A stretch of 63,580 nucleotides of DNA, the filler included, from Pirum gemmata (Eukaryota), in assembly GCA_002812295.1 (NCBI GenBank). It is 14 parts of 14 records of this genome, joined end to end, with 100 filler letters (N's around TTAATTAATTAA, not from the genome) between each part and the next. Parts side by side here need not be neighbours in the genome. Positions count along the whole stretch, not along the records: positions 38,084 to 42,078 come from PDIN01001589.1; positions 42,179 to 46,196 come from PDIN01001590.1; positions 46,297 to 50,445 come from PDIN01001591.1; positions 50,546 to 54,593 come from PDIN01001592.1; 10 more parts are not named here. One strand, written 5' to 3'. Positions 39,505 through 52,078 of this stretch are shown here, one piece after another. A model generated the notes under the pieces. That model made no database searches and was not told where the DNA came from. It saw nothing but the letters and a program-made list of their open reading frames with translations. Numbering within the stretch: position 1 is the stretch's first letter; each line of letters starts with the position of its first letter. The position numbers and the translations under genes are program-made.

Positions 39505-40280
39505 TCAGAAGACTTTACTAAAAGTGATAAATTTTTGCCAAATAGTTGCTTTGTGTGAGAGCCAAAGTTCAGTTTTATCACTTACAAGTTTGTTTAAAAG
39601 GCAGGGTCTAAAAATAAAAAAGGCATGTCGTAAATTGTGCACATATTCATCCAAAAACGCCTTTAATCCAAAAATCAGACTTTACTAAAGTGATAGTTTT
39701 TGCCATATAGTTATTTTGGACGAGAGCCAGAAGTACAGTTTTATCCCTTGCGATTTTTTTAAAAGGCAGGGTCTAAAAATGAAAAAGGCATGTTGTAAAT
39801 AGGGCACATATTTTTAATTCTTTACCTTAATCTGAAAAAAATTGCCATTAATCCAAAAAACAGCCTTTAATCCAAAAATCGGACCTTACTAAAATTGATA
39901 GTTTTTGCCAAATAGTTATTTTGGACCAGAGCCAAAAGTACAGTTTTATAACTTACGAGTTTTTTAAAAGGCAGGGTCTGAAAATAAAAATGGCATGTTG
40001 TAAATAGAGCACATATTTTAAATTTTTTGCATTAATCTGAAAAAAATTGCCATTAATCCAAAAAACAGCCTTTAATCCAAAAATCAGACTTGACTAAAAT
40101 TGATAGTTTTTACCAGTAGTTATTTTGGACGAGAGCCAAAAGTACAGTTTTATCACTTACGAGTTTTTTAAAAGGCAGGGTCTGAAAATAAAAAAGGTAT
40201 GCCGTAAACAGGGCACATAATTTTACTTTTTTTCCTTGATCAGAAAAAAATTGTCATTAATCCAAAAAACAGCCTTAAAG
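39505..40280 (+). repeat. Tandem satellite of about 205 bp, four units
   Basis: GCAGGGTCT recurs at 39601, 39766, 39971 and 40175 (spacing 165, 205, 204); GAGAGCCAAAAGTACAGTTTTATC is conserved. Confidence 0.9.
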
Positions 40281-40643
40281 CAGATCGTCTTTAATCCGCA
40301 AAACCATGTCATTAATCCATTAATCCAAACAACTGTACCTTCAATACAAAAACCATCCAGTTATATCCAAAAAAACGAGAAATAACCCACAAAATACAAA
40401 ATATTCTTACTATGGGTTAGGATTAGGTTGTGCATAGTAATTTTAATTGGTTGTGGATTTTGCGTTTGGAGTTTCCAGATTATTAAGAAACTCGAAAGTG
40501 ACAAAATTATTAAATTCAGTCACATTCTAGATCATTTCCAAATTCCAGTTGGCTAATTAAGTAGATTAGAGGTAGAAAATCTTGATCGTGATTTGATTTA
40601 GATTCAGAAGGGAAAAAATGAGGAGCTGAAATCAAATTTAGAA

Positions 40644-40678
<35 letters not shown>

Positions 40679-40754
40679 TTGGTTTTAAAGAGCGTCTTTT
40701 CTAAAATAAAATGTGTGCGTGTGCGTATATATAACCTTGATTGACATTTTTAAA

Positions 40755-41030
40755 CTAAGAAAGATTTTTAAACATACCAGATTAAATAAAATGGCTTTTA
40801 TTGTATTGATTTTGTACTCTTTATTATACACTTTATAATGATCAGAGAGGTGCGAAAAAAAAAAAAGCTTCGCAAAATTCAAAAGTTTATATTTATCAAG
40901 CCTCACAATTACTAAATAGGTTCGAAAATGTTCAAAATGTTCGATATTATATATTAAAAACATACCAGATTAAATAAAATGGCTTTTATAAATTGTATTA
41001 ATTTTGTACGCTTTATTATACACTTTATAA
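40755..41030 (+). repeat. Direct repeat of about 75 bp
   Basis: AAACATACCAGATTAAATAAAATGGCTTTTAT...TTTATTATACACTTTATAA near 40770 and 40958. Confidence 0.8.
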
Positions 41031-41642
41031 GACTTATTAAAATTGGTTATAATAATGCTTAGGATTAGTGGTTAGTATGATATTGTCAATAATCAATCAT
41101 CATAATATTGATATGTATTTTTTCAAGATATATACATATTAATATTCGTCACACTAGAGCCATATTTTATTTGATGATAGTAAATCTGCAATTTCCCTAC
41201 CAATATACAACGTTGTTAGCAAAATTAAGTTTTCTTTTTTTAATTGTGGTACACCTTTATATCGATATCAAAATAGGTTATAGATACCGAAATAGGTTAT
41301 AATTAAATTTGTAATAAATATATATATATATTTTTCATTTTTTTTGTTTGGTTTTGTACAAATAATGCACAAAAGACAATGAATATAGTGCGATGAAAAC
41401 AAGGATGACACAAAATGATAACAAAATTAAGAGATTAATTTTATTGAATGCTTTTTGACAATTATTATTAGCAATTCTTTTAAGTTTCACAAGCTTGGCA
41501 TTAAAGATATTACCATGAAACATATATTGTCATTATAATTCATTAATCTTCATTAAATTAAATTAAAACATATATCATTTTACAGTACCTCTTCATCATC
41601 ATTATTATTATAGTTATTTATAATATAGTTATTATTATTATA

Positions 41643-41675
<33 letters not shown>

Positions 41676-42178
41676 GTAATAGTACTATTACTAATACAAA
41701 TACTGTAGTAGTATCATTTCTAGAGCCATTGTGAGTATTGTATACTGTTGTATAGGTGTTCCATTTACCTCTACTATGTGCTTAAATGGTTTTATTTTCT
41801 GATACCATAATGTGCATTTTGGCTTCTAAGCTTTTTGTAGTTACATTCCTCAAGTGGTTTGACTTATGTATTTTTTGCTATTATTGCGCTATTGTGATCT
41901 GAAGTGTTTTCTGTTTCTTTGTTCTTTCCTCCTTTTTTTTTTTCTTCTTTTATATACGATATATATTTTTTCGTTTTTCCCTTTTTCTATTCTTTTTTTT
42001 TCTTTCTCTTTATTTTTTATTTTTTCTTCTTGCAGTAGTAGAAGTAGAAATAGTAGAAGTAGTAGTAGTAGTAGTAGTNNNNNNNNNNNNNNNNNNNNNN
42101 NNNNNNNNNNNNNNNNNNNNNNTTAATTAATTAANNNNNNNNNNNNNNNNNNNNNNNNNNNNNNNNNNNNNNNNNNNN

Positions 42179-42212
<34 letters not shown>

Positions 42213-42418
42213 GGAAAAAACTACATAGAAAAATAATAATAATAATAAAAGAAAAGGTAAGTATATATAAGACCAAAAGTTTTTGAACCTTGAAAAAAAA
42301 AATTAAAATAATAATAATAATAATATATTAATTAATTTTTTTAAAAAAAAAACAAAACAAAACAAAAAAACAAAACAAAACAAAACAAAACAATATATTA
42401 TATTAATTTTTAAATAAC

Positions 42419-44314
42419 ATGTCACAAACAAACGCATCCCTTTCCCCACCCTCTTATTATGAGGGTGATGATAAGAATGGTCAAACTAGAGAATTTTATG
42501 AAATGAAAAGTAAAGACCCTGATATGTTGAATTTTGGTGTGGAAGACGTTGACATAGACTGCGAAAAAGTAGATTACAACGAAGAAGAACCTTCTACGTT
42601 ACGTTGGTACCAGAAAAAATTGATCACAGTTTGCATCTTTGCTTTGTTTGTTGAGATGTGCGAAAGACTTACTTACTACACAATAATGGGTTCACAACGT
42701 AGTCAGTTGACTTCTGTTTACGGTTATTCCAGCGCACAAGCTTCGTCTATCAATGCTGCGTTTGGTGTTTTGTGTTACATTACCCCAGTAGCAGGTGGTT
42801 GGTTAGCTGACTCTTATTTGGGTCGTTACAAGACGATCTTGTTATTTTCTGTTATTTATGTAATAGGTACTTTATTAGCCGCAATCTCAGCTTTACCAAG
42901 CATTGAAAGCCTAGGTTTGTACTTTTGTGGTGTTATGGCATTCATTACCATCGGAACCGGTGGTATTAAACCTAATATTTGTAACTATGGTGGTGATCAA
43001 TTTGTAGTCGATGGACCAAATGAAAAAGAAAATGAACGTGAAAAAAAGGAACAGAAATCTTACTTTAATTGGTTTTATTTAATGATTAACGTCGGCGCTA
43101 TCGTAGCTTTTGGTTATTTGGTAACTTTAGCTAGTGAAGGTTCAGGTGAAGTTCCTCAAGATATGGGGTACTTTGTGGCTTATATGATTGCTTTTGCTTC
43201 TATGTTGATCGCGGTTCTTATCTTTTTGGCAGGCACAACACGATACACCAACAAAAAACCAAGTGGTAATTCATTGCAAGGTTTAGTATATTATTTATGG
43301 GAAAGTGCTAAACGCACTCGCAAAGGTAAATTCGCGCTAGCCGGTTGGGTGGGTATCTGTATCTTTTTGATGATGGCAGTAGTACAAGCTTTTATTACAA
43401 ACGAGGACATTGCCAAAATAATGTCTTACACTTCTCTTGGAGTTGCTTTTTTTTCTTGTGCGGCCTTATGTATTTGTCATAAAGATAACTCGCATTTGGA
43501 TAATATTCCTGATCATTATAGTGGAATGATGACCACTGTTGAAGCTAAGGGAACTTTAGATTGCATTCCTATTCTTTTAATTGCTAACGTTTGTTTTAAT
43601 ATTTCTTATAATGCTATGAATGGACCTTGGCAGTCTCAAGCTTGTCAATCAGACTTGCTAATTGGTTCATCACAAATTAACGGAGCTTTCTTTAACGTTG
43701 CTGATTCCTTCGCCATTCTTATATTTGTGCCTGTTCTAGAATGGGGTGTATTTCCGCTAATTTACAAATTAACTGGTAAACAAGTTTCTCGCACCCAAAA
43801 ATTGATTGCCGGTTTGTTGATCAGTGTTCTTGCCTTGGCTTTGGCTACTTTAGGGGAATATTTACGTCGTTCTTCCCCTGTATTGGATCCTCCAGTTTAC
43901 AGTAACTGTGCACCAGATGGTGTACCAATGAGTTCGTTTACTAGTTTTTACATGTTCGTACCGTTTGCCATTATGGGTTTGGCTGAGATTCTTGTTAATC
44001 CAGTAATGTTGCACTTTAGTTATGACCAAGCTCCACCAAGAACCAGATCTTTAACACAAGCTTTTAATTTAGTAGCTTGTGGTGCTTTAAGTAACGGTTT
44101 CACTGCCCCTCTTACTACTGCTTTGAGTCCTTTTTATACCGACAATCTTAATGATGGTCATTTAGAATACATCTACTATGTTTCTGCTGCCTTTGGTATT
44201 ATTGGTATCCCTTTATATTTGTATTTTGCTAAATCATTCAAAACCAAAGATTGGGAATCGGAAATTGTTAAAGATAATGATACAAATGATCCAGCTCATG
44301 TTGTTCATGCTTAA
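42419..44314 (+). CDS. PTR2: Proton-dependent oligopeptide transporter (POT/PTR2/SLC15 family), intronless, 631 aa
   Basis: ExxER motif (EMCERLTYY), GGWLADSYLGRYKTI, GTGGIKPN...GGDQF, YFNWFYLMINVG, about 12 hydrophobic helices; intact ATG to TAA. Confidence 0.95.
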   Translation: MSQTNASLSPPSYYEGDDKNGQTREFYEMKSKDPDMLNFGVEDVDIDCEKVDYNEEEPSTLRWYQKKLITVCIFALFVEMCERLTYYTIMGSQRSQLTSVYGYSSAQASSINAAFGVLCYITPVAGGWLADSYLGRYKTILLFSVIYVIGTLLAAISALPSIESLGLYFCGVMAFITIGTGGIKPNICNYGGDQFVVDGPNEKENEREKKEQKSYFNWFYLMINVGAIVAFGYLVTLASEGSGEVPQDMGYFVAYMIAFASMLIAVLIFLAGTTRYTNKKPSGNSLQGLVYYLWESAKRTRKGKFALAGWVGICIFLMMAVVQAFITNEDIAKIMSYTSLGVAFFSCAALCICHKDNSHLDNIPDHYSGMMTTVEAKGTLDCIPILLIANVCFNISYNAMNGPWQSQACQSDLLIGSSQINGAFFNVADSFAILIFVPVLEWGVFPLIYKLTGKQVSRTQKLIAGLLISVLALALATLGEYLRRSSPVLDPPVYSNCAPDGVPMSSFTSFYMFVPFAIMGLAEILVNPVMLHFSYDQAPPRTRSLTQAFNLVACGALSNGFTAPLTTALSPFYTDNLNDGHLEYIYYVSAAFGIIGIPLYLYFAKSFKTKDWESEIVKDNDTNDPAHVVHA

Positions 44315-44344
44315 ATGTTTTTTTTAAAAAAAAGATATTTTTAA

Positions 44345-44712
44345 TATAGTATATTAAAAATTTGTAATTATGATATTTTACAGTATATTGGTTAATAAAT
44401 AAAAGAAAGTAGTTTATATATTATTATTATTAAAAATATTTATTAATATAGTATATAATGAGTATATAATGATAAAATTGCTACACAGCTCATTCATGTT
44501 GTCAATACTTTTAAAAGATTATATAATAGTAATAGTAATAGTAATAATAATATATTAAAATTTTGTAATTATTGTTATTGTTACAGTATATTGGTTAATG
44601 AATAAAAAAAAAATAGTTTACATAAAGTTATTATTATTAAAAATGTTTATTAATATAGTATATAATGATACAATTGCTCCACAGCTCATTCATGTTGTTA
44701 ATGCTTTTAAAA
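44345..44712 (+). repeat. Tandem duplication of about 200 bp downstream of the transporter
   Basis: TTACAGTATATTGGTTAAT...TATTAATATAGTATATAATG...AATTGCT.CACAGCTCATTCATGTTGT occurs twice. Confidence 0.85.
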
Positions 44713-44755
44713 ATGTTTTGAAAAATTTATATTTTTTAAAGTGATATTTTTAATA

Positions 44756-44895
44756 TATCGTGCTTTTCAAATGTTTTGTCATCATAAATATACAATAAAT
44801 AGTACAAAATTAATACTATATAAATCCATTTCATTTAATATTTATTTATTTAAAAATGTCAATTTAAATATTATAACCAACCAAATAAATATTTG
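44756..44895 (-). mobile_element. MITE family A, truncated
   Basis: TATCGTGCTTTTCAAATGTTTTGTCATC...CCAAATAAATATT. Confidence 0.75.
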
Positions 44896-45077
44896 ACGAG
44901 AATTTTATATATATATATATATAATAAAATGTATACCACAGTTTTAGATAGAAAAAAATGTTAAGTATTGAAAAATAATAATAATAATAATAATAGTACT
45001 AGTAGTAGTAGTAGTAGTAATAATAATAATAATAATAGTAGTAAGGCTAGTAGCAGTGTAGATATTAATTTTTGTAG

Positions 45078-45714
45078 AGCTAGTGGTCGATACACCCCAG
45101 CTTATCGCGCTGGTTTGAATTTCGGTGACGAAATTTTAGAAATTAATGATTTCCCTGTTTGTAGATTTACTGTAAAACAGTTAAATAGCTTATTATCAGT
45201 ATCAGAACATATTAAACTAAAATTCAAAGTTTGTAAATATGTAACAATAAATAAACTTGAGCACTGTGACACTAACATTGATATCGAAAATAAAGTTTTA
45301 GTTAAAAAAGATCCACCTGACTCACTTCCAGAAGCCCAAATCGGTGACAGTATTATTGGTTGTAACGGTAATAATCTTTTATCACTAACATGCGCGGAAC
45401 GAAAATTAATATTACAACGTTTATTTAATGATCATTTGAATCCTAATCTCACCTTAACCTTGATGGAGGGTAGCCTAGCTGAAGTTCTAACCCAATGTAT
45501 AACTGATAATATGTCTGCAAATGCATTAAAAAAAATAGAATTTACAGACAATCCTAATATAATCATTTTTGAAGCAAAGCAATCAAAATCAACTTTACAT
45601 CATTCTAAACCTATAAAATATAAAGTGAAAGAAGAGAAAGGTCAGGAGAAGAGTGAGCTTGAGTTAAAATTTTCTCAAATGATGAAAGGGGAAGAAAACC
45701 AACGAAGATTTTAA
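45078..45714 (+). CDS. PDZ-domain protein (syntenin-like tandem PDZ), terminal exon; start not found
   Basis: TPAYRAGLNFGDEILEIND resembles the PDZ SPA-x-x-GL-x-x-GD-x-IL-x-IN motif; a second degenerate copy reads AQIGDSIIGCNG. Candidate acceptor TTTTTGTAG ends at 45077. The upstream part of the track ORF is microsatellite. Confidence 0.6.
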
Positions 45715-45844
45715 TTTTGAGTAGTGTATGGTGCACTTTATGGATTTATAATAAATAATAAGCGTGGTGCATGGAGGGAATCGAGACGTTTTTCGACTTT
45801 GTACATTTGTAATAAATAATGAGCGTGGTGTATGGAGGAAAACC

Positions 45845-46145
45845 CATCGAATCGAGACTATTTCGGAATTTTCAAAATTTTTCGATCTAATTTTACCATC
45901 GAATCGAGACTAGTTCGGAATTTTCAAAATTTTTCGATCTAATTTTGAACCATCGAATCGAGATTATATTTCATACAAAAAATTTGAAACTCGAAAAAAA
46001 AAAGAATCTCCTTTCAAAATTGTCACTATTTAAAAAATTGTCACTATTTAATAATTGGAAACGAGTTGTTTGATTCGATTATGTTTCCCAATTTCCGAGA
46101 ATTTTTACCAATTTTAGGTTTGCTGCCTAGTTAGCTTCTCTCCTG
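45845..46145 (-). mobile_element. Dispersed repeat family G with internal tandem duplication (about 52 bp)
   Basis: Reverse complement of 8280-8525; CCATCGAATCGAGA starts three consecutive units. Confidence 0.65.
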
Positions 46146-46832
46146 AAACTAGTTTAAAAAGAGGAACTTGGGGGGGAGTAGTAGTAGTAGTAGTAGNNNN
46201 NNNNNNNNNNNNNNNNNNNNNNNNNNNNNNNNNNNNNNNNTTAATTAATTAANNNNNNNNNNNNNNNNNNNNNNNNNNNNNNNNNNNNNNNNNNNNTATT
46301 TATTTATTTATTGCAATGGTACATAATTCACATGTTAAAATAAATCATTTCCATGTTAAAATAAAAATAGTTGCAATGAAACATATCATATAATAATTTG
46401 AATGCTAAAAAAATAAATCATCATAATAGGTATACTTAAAATGATACAAATAATATTGGACTTAAATAAAAATCTAAAAAATCATTACAATAATTATAGT
46501 TATAATGATAAAAATAATTTAAATGGTAAAATGATACAAATAATTTACATGTTAAAATAAATCATTATAATAAGTATAATTACAATAATACAAAATTTTT
46601 ATGTTTGAAAAATAAAAATCATAATATTAAGTATAGTTATAATGTTACAAAATAATTTGAAAGTTAAAATAAAAATCATCATAATAACTATATTTGTAAT
46701 GATGCAGGATTTGCTTGTTGATAAATCATTTTTCAATGAAATCTTTTTAATTCAAAATGTGTTTGACATTTTCTTTAGATTTGGCCATTTTATTATTATT
46801 ATTATTATTATCATTTTCTTTAGATTTGGCCA

Positions 46833-46867
<35 letters not shown>

Positions 46868-46873
<6 letters not shown>

Positions 46874-47112
46874 ACCAAACCGGGTAAAAATGGCGACATT
46901 CACCATACGAGCACAAAAATCCAAAAAATCACAAATTGATTCAATTTTAATGAAAGTAATACCAAATGTTGAGAAATCGTCTAACTAAGAAAACTCTATT
47001 ATTAACCAATGGCTAGTTTTTTAAAATAATTTGGCTAGTTATCATTAAAGGATTTTAGAAAAGAAGTCTAAAAAAAAAAATGATTTCTACAGTTTTATCC
47101 GGCTTGGATGTT
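46868..47112 (-). mobile_element. MITE family C, near full length
   Basis: TTAA-CTACCAAACCGGGTAAAAAT ... CTACAGTTTTATCCGGCTTGGATG. Confidence 0.8.
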
Positions 47113-47317
47113 TTTTTTTTTATTTTTTTTTTTAGTCAGTTGGCCATAAGTTGTTTTTTAAATCTAATTCCCCGCTGCAATTTCTAACCTTCGGTTTTCC
47201 CGGATTTTTCTTGTAATTCAAAATATTTTCATCGTCTTTAGATATGTCCAAAACTTTTGCAAAATCTTTAATCAAAATCTGATTCCCTACTGCAATTTCT
47301 GACCTTGGGTTTCCCGC

Positions 47318-47348
<31 letters not shown>

Positions 47349-47406
47349 TTCATATTGTAACTTCAAATTTAAATAAACATTTAATAAATCATTTTTTAAT
47401 GAAATT

Positions 47407-48659
47407 TTAATTCAAAATATTTTCGTCGTCTTCTTTAGATTTGGCCAAAACTTTAGCAAAATCTTTAAACGAAAGAACAGGAGGGAGTTGATCATGAGTT
47501 ATTTTTTTAATACGGTTACCCACTGCAATTTCTAATCCTTGATTTTCCCGCATTTTTCTTGTAAAAGAATCATCTACTGTAACTTTTGATTGAGATTTAT
47601 CATTTTCAAACGTTTTCATTACTTTTTCATCCCAATTTTCGTCAACAGCTATATGTTTTTCACTAGCCCATTTAGGTACTAATGGGTGTTGAGATTTTAG
47701 CACAGTTTGGTTAATTGTTTCATTATCATTATTATTACTGCCCAAACTATTCTGTTTATTTTTGAAAAAATCTTTATCATTCAAGGTAGAGTTCGATTTT
47801 TCATGAACATGTATTTTATCAATATCTTTGGGTAAACTTTTATTACCTTTGTAATTTGACATCTGGAAATCTTCAGTATGGTCCTCACTAGAAAGATCTT
47901 GATAAGAAAGAGTTTGTAGTGAATTTTGTAATGTAATAGGGTTAACAGATACATCAACTTTTTGTTTGTCGCGTTTAGAAACCACGTGACCAATGTTTAA
48001 AGTCAATTGGGCATCGTCCAGGGGTTCGAAGTTGTTATCATTATCAACCGATTTTCCTCGATATAAAGTGGGTGAACTTTTCGTTGTAGAGTTATTAGAA
48101 GAAGACACAGAAGAATTTGATGATTGTTGTTTTTTTAATTGAAATTCCATCCATTTCATTTCAAAACCCTGTTTATTGGATGCTGCTCTATTAGCCTCCT
48201 TACAAGAATTGATATATTTGGATATAGTTTCCTTATCAAGGTGAGAAAGATTATTGTTGTCACTGTAATACTCTTTTTTAATGGGTTGGTGTTTTTTTTC
48301 AGAGTTATTAAACTGATGTTGTTGTTTTCGAGCATCATAATGGAGGTATTCTTGTTTTTCTTGATGTTCCACTTGCTCTAGCCCCCCTGAATTTTCTTTT
48401 GGCGAATGCAATTGTAATGGACCTGGGTCTGACCAATAATTAGAGTTAGTTTGGTTGTTAATAGAATCATAAGAATTTATACGACCAGTGATCGTATAGC
48501 TATCAAGTTTTATTTTTTCGTTATCATTATTATCGTTATTAATTTCTTCATCCATACTTAGGGCAGAAAAAGCAGCAAAATCTAGAGTTATTTTTTCTTT
48601 TTTAACCTTTTTTTCTGATAGTTTAACATTTCCATTATTTCTATTTCTATTCTTACTCC

Positions 48660-48721
<62 letters not shown>

Positions 48722-49164
48722 GTATTATCAATATCATCACTATTATTATAATCATTAAGATTGCTGTTACTGGTTTTAACATTTATACGGTCACCTTTAC
48801 TAAAACTATTATTATTCATTATACCAAAGTTTCTATCACAGCCAGTTGCTCTTATACCAGGGTGAATTTCGTTACTACCACTTTCATGAAAAGAAAAATC
48901 ATCATTCAAACTGTTGTTATGGGAGTGGCTAGGCGTATATTCGATATTACTACAACTGTTAATAACATTGTTAACATTATTATTATTATTATGAGAATGA
49001 GTAGAACTACAAGAAATATTTTCGGGTGTCCCCGAAGAGCTTTTCAAGAATATATCAAAGGGATCATCGTTTGATTGTACGGTTGTAATTGTAGTTGTGG
49101 TTGTGGTTGTAGGAGCTGCTGTTGATGTTGTATCCTCAAAACTATCAAAATTTATGAGATCCAT
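47407..49164 (-). CDS. Hypothetical Asn/Ser-rich, probably disordered protein (about 585 aa)
   Basis: 1.75-kb open frame in very AT-rich DNA; first ATG gives MDLINFDSF at 49164 (the track start at 49248 is TTG). DLINFD and DDPFDIF resemble clathrin/adaptor-binding motifs (inference). No recognisable domain. Confidence 0.75.
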
Positions 49165-49279
49165 TTTTATTACATCAAAAATATATAGCAATGCCAACGA
49201 AGGCAAAGAAGAAAGCACGTCTTTAACTATATTACATAATATGAACAATTAAGCCCTACTGAATAAGTAATAGAAAAAT

Positions 49280-49563
49280 TAATTTAGGTTTTAAAGAGCT
49301 ACTACTACTAGTGCTAGCACCACCACCACCACCGTTACCATTATAACTACTACTATCACTCCTACCACCACCACTACCACCACCACCACCACTGCCACCA
49401 CTACTACTACCATTACTACTATTGCTATTACTATTACTATTGCTAGTACTACTACTACTACTACTACTGCTGCTGCTATTACTACTACTACCATTACTAC
49501 TATTGCTATTACTATTACTATTGCTAGTACTACTACTACTACTACTACTACTGCTGCTGCTAT

Positions 49564-49622
<59 letters not shown>

Positions 49623-49623
49623 N

Positions 49624-49701
<78 letters not shown>

Positions 49702-50170
49702 GTACCAGTACTACTACTAACACTATCACCAGCACCACTGCTACTAATAATAATACTAATAGTAATAGTAATAGTAATACTAACACTAACACTAATACTA
49801 ATACTAATACTAACACTAACTCTAATACTAATACTAATACTAATACTAATACTAATACTAATACTAATACTAATACTAATATCAATATTAATGCTTATAC
49901 TAATACTAAGGCTAATGCTAATGTTAACACTAACACTAACACTAATACTAACATAAATACTAATACTTATACTAATACTTATACTAATACTTATACTAAT
50001 ACTAACACTATTACTAACACTAATACTAATATCAATACTACTACTACTACTACTACTACTAATAAAGCTAATGCTAAAGCTAATACTAATGCCAATAGCA
50101 ATGCTAATGCTAATGCTAATGCTAATGCTAATACTAATATTAATGCTAATACTAATACTAATACTAATAC
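49280..50170. repeat. Compound (ACT)n / (ACTAAT)n microsatellite field
   Basis: Long CTA and ACTAAT/GCTAAT runs; source of the poly-L/V/S/T and IS/TN ORFs. Confidence 0.95.
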
Positions 50171-50545
50171 TCAAGAAAAAATAAAATAACGAGCAATAAA
50201 TTTGTAATAAATAGTGTATTAATAAAGATAACAACTACATTTCATTAACAATAATACCTTATTTATTGATTTAAAAGAAATAAAATGAAATCAAACAGGA
50301 AAGTCACTTAAAGCTTGATAGTTAGTAACTAAAGAGTAGCAACCAATGCCGAAAACAATTTCGTAATCAATCATCAATAATCAATAATTGATAATCAATA
50401 ATCAATAATCAATAATAATAAATAAATAAATAAATCAATAAGATCNNNNNNNNNNNNNNNNNNNNNNNNNNNNNNNNNNNNNNNNNNNNTTAATTAATTA
50501 ANNNNNNNNNNNNNNNNNNNNNNNNNNNNNNNNNNNNNNNNNNNN

Positions 50546-50692
50546 ACGATCACGATCACAATCACGATCACAATCACGATCACGATCACGATCACGATCA
50601 CGATCACGATCACGATCACGATCACGATCACGATCACGATCACGATCACGATCACGATCACGATCATGATCACGATCACGATCAAGATCACG
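50546..50692 (+). repeat. (GATCAC)n hexamer repeat
   Basis: About 24 units at the contig start. Confidence 0.95.
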
Positions 50693-51140
50693 ACCAACTT
50701 TTTCTTTTGAAACCTTATGCATTTGAAAAAGAACTTTTTTCTAAATGGATTTAATTTTCGGTTTCTGAGTTAAGTATGGGAGAACGTCAGGCAGGGAAGA
50801 AAAAACACAGCCAAATCAATTAATTTAGACATAGCCCTACAAAATACAATACAAGAAAACTAACGATACAAAATAGACAGTAAAAAAACGATAAATATGA
50901 GTTATAATATATACTTTAGACTCTTTTTATTTACCATAAGATAGTAATATACCGTATATCATATCATCTATAATGATACAAAACGAGTGATAAAAGTCAT
51001 AAAATAGTTGATGCAGTAATTTGCAAAAAAAATTTATGACATAAATAAAAATTACAACTAAAATCCAGAACTGTAAATCAATAATCCTATATTGTAACCT
51101 ATTATTCCTTCTTTTTGCTAAAGGAAAACAGGATAAAAGT

Positions 51141-51295
51141 TGACTATCACAAGATTGACAATTAACTATCACAAGATTGACAATTAACTATCACAAGATT
51201 GACAATTAACTATCACAAGATTGACAATTAACTATCACAAGATTGACATGACAATTAACTATCACAAAATTGACAATTAACTATCACAAGATTGA
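51141..51295 (+). repeat. 22-bp minisatellite, seven units
   Basis: CTATCACAAGATTGACAATTAA at 51144, 51166, 51188, 51210, 51232, 51259 and 51281, with one 5-bp insertion and no unique spacers. Confidence 0.95.
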
Positions 51296-52046
51296 TAGGT
51301 CTATTATTATTATCCAATATGATATTTTTTTTCTCTTTATATCAATATCATACATGTTTTGTGATTCCAGGAGTACACTAACTACTACTACTATCATAGC
51401 TAGTGTAGACCTCCTACTAGCTCTAGCTAGCTAGTAGTGTAGAGTTGGACTGTAGACTATAGCTAGCTATCGATAGCTAGAGACTACTAGACAGTTAGCT
51501 AGTAGTAGCTAGCTATGATAGCTAGCTAGCTAGCTAGAAGTATGATATGATATCGATAGTAGACTGCTGTAGACTAGTACTACATGTGGTTAACACCCTA
51601 GACTAGTAGTAGTCTACCTACTAGTATGATAGTATCATAGTTAATTAAACCCATCGATAGTTTACTATGATATGATAATATTATGATATCACTATCATTT
51701 GATATCGATACTACTGCCACTACTGGTAGTAGCTCTAGCTAGCTAGAGAGTATGATAGGACTACCTATCGATACCTAGCTAGCTCTAGTCTAGCTAGAGC
51801 TACGTTAGACCTCTAACCCTAACCCTAACCCTAACCCTAACGCTAACCCTTGCCCGTGCTCTTTGCGGGCGTGTTACAAAATAATTGTATGATATCATAA
51901 TACTATGAGTCTATGATAGCTAGCTACTAGCTAGCTAGTAGAGTATGATAGTAGCTAGAGCTAGCTAGCTAGCTAGTAGTAGTAGACGGGGTCTATTGTG
52001 CAAAATATCGGAAGAGTAAAAACGGCCTCAAACAAATAATATTATG

Positions 52047-52078
52047 CAAGGACTTCAAAAAAAAATTTGAAGTCCTTG
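52047..52078. mobile_element. 32-bp TIR-only element with a 7-bp target duplication (P-element-like termini)
   Basis: CAAGGACTTCAAA-AAAAAA-TTTGAAGTCCTTG flanked by TATTATG on both sides. Confidence 0.65.

Noticed and set aside
39505..40280. CRISPR or cassette array
   Set aside because: Whole 205-bp units are homologous end to end, so this is a satellite, not repeat-spacer.
41335..41523. 62-aa ORF with a C-terminal hydrophobic stretch (SNARE-tail-like)
   Set aside because: Short, AT-driven hydrophobicity, and no convincing heptad motif or linked exons.
49256..50722. ORFs of poly-L/V/S/T, IS, TN and RD repeats
   Set aside because: Translations of tri- and hexanucleotide microsatellites; several span Ns.
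50690..51130. Possible small spliced gene divergent from DHX33
   Set aside because: Plausible AG/GT sites exist but the translation has no recognisable similarity; it cannot be supported without RNA data.
51141..51295. CRISPR-like array of 22-bp repeats
   Set aside because: Units are contiguous with no unique spacers, the context is eukaryotic, and no cas genes are present.
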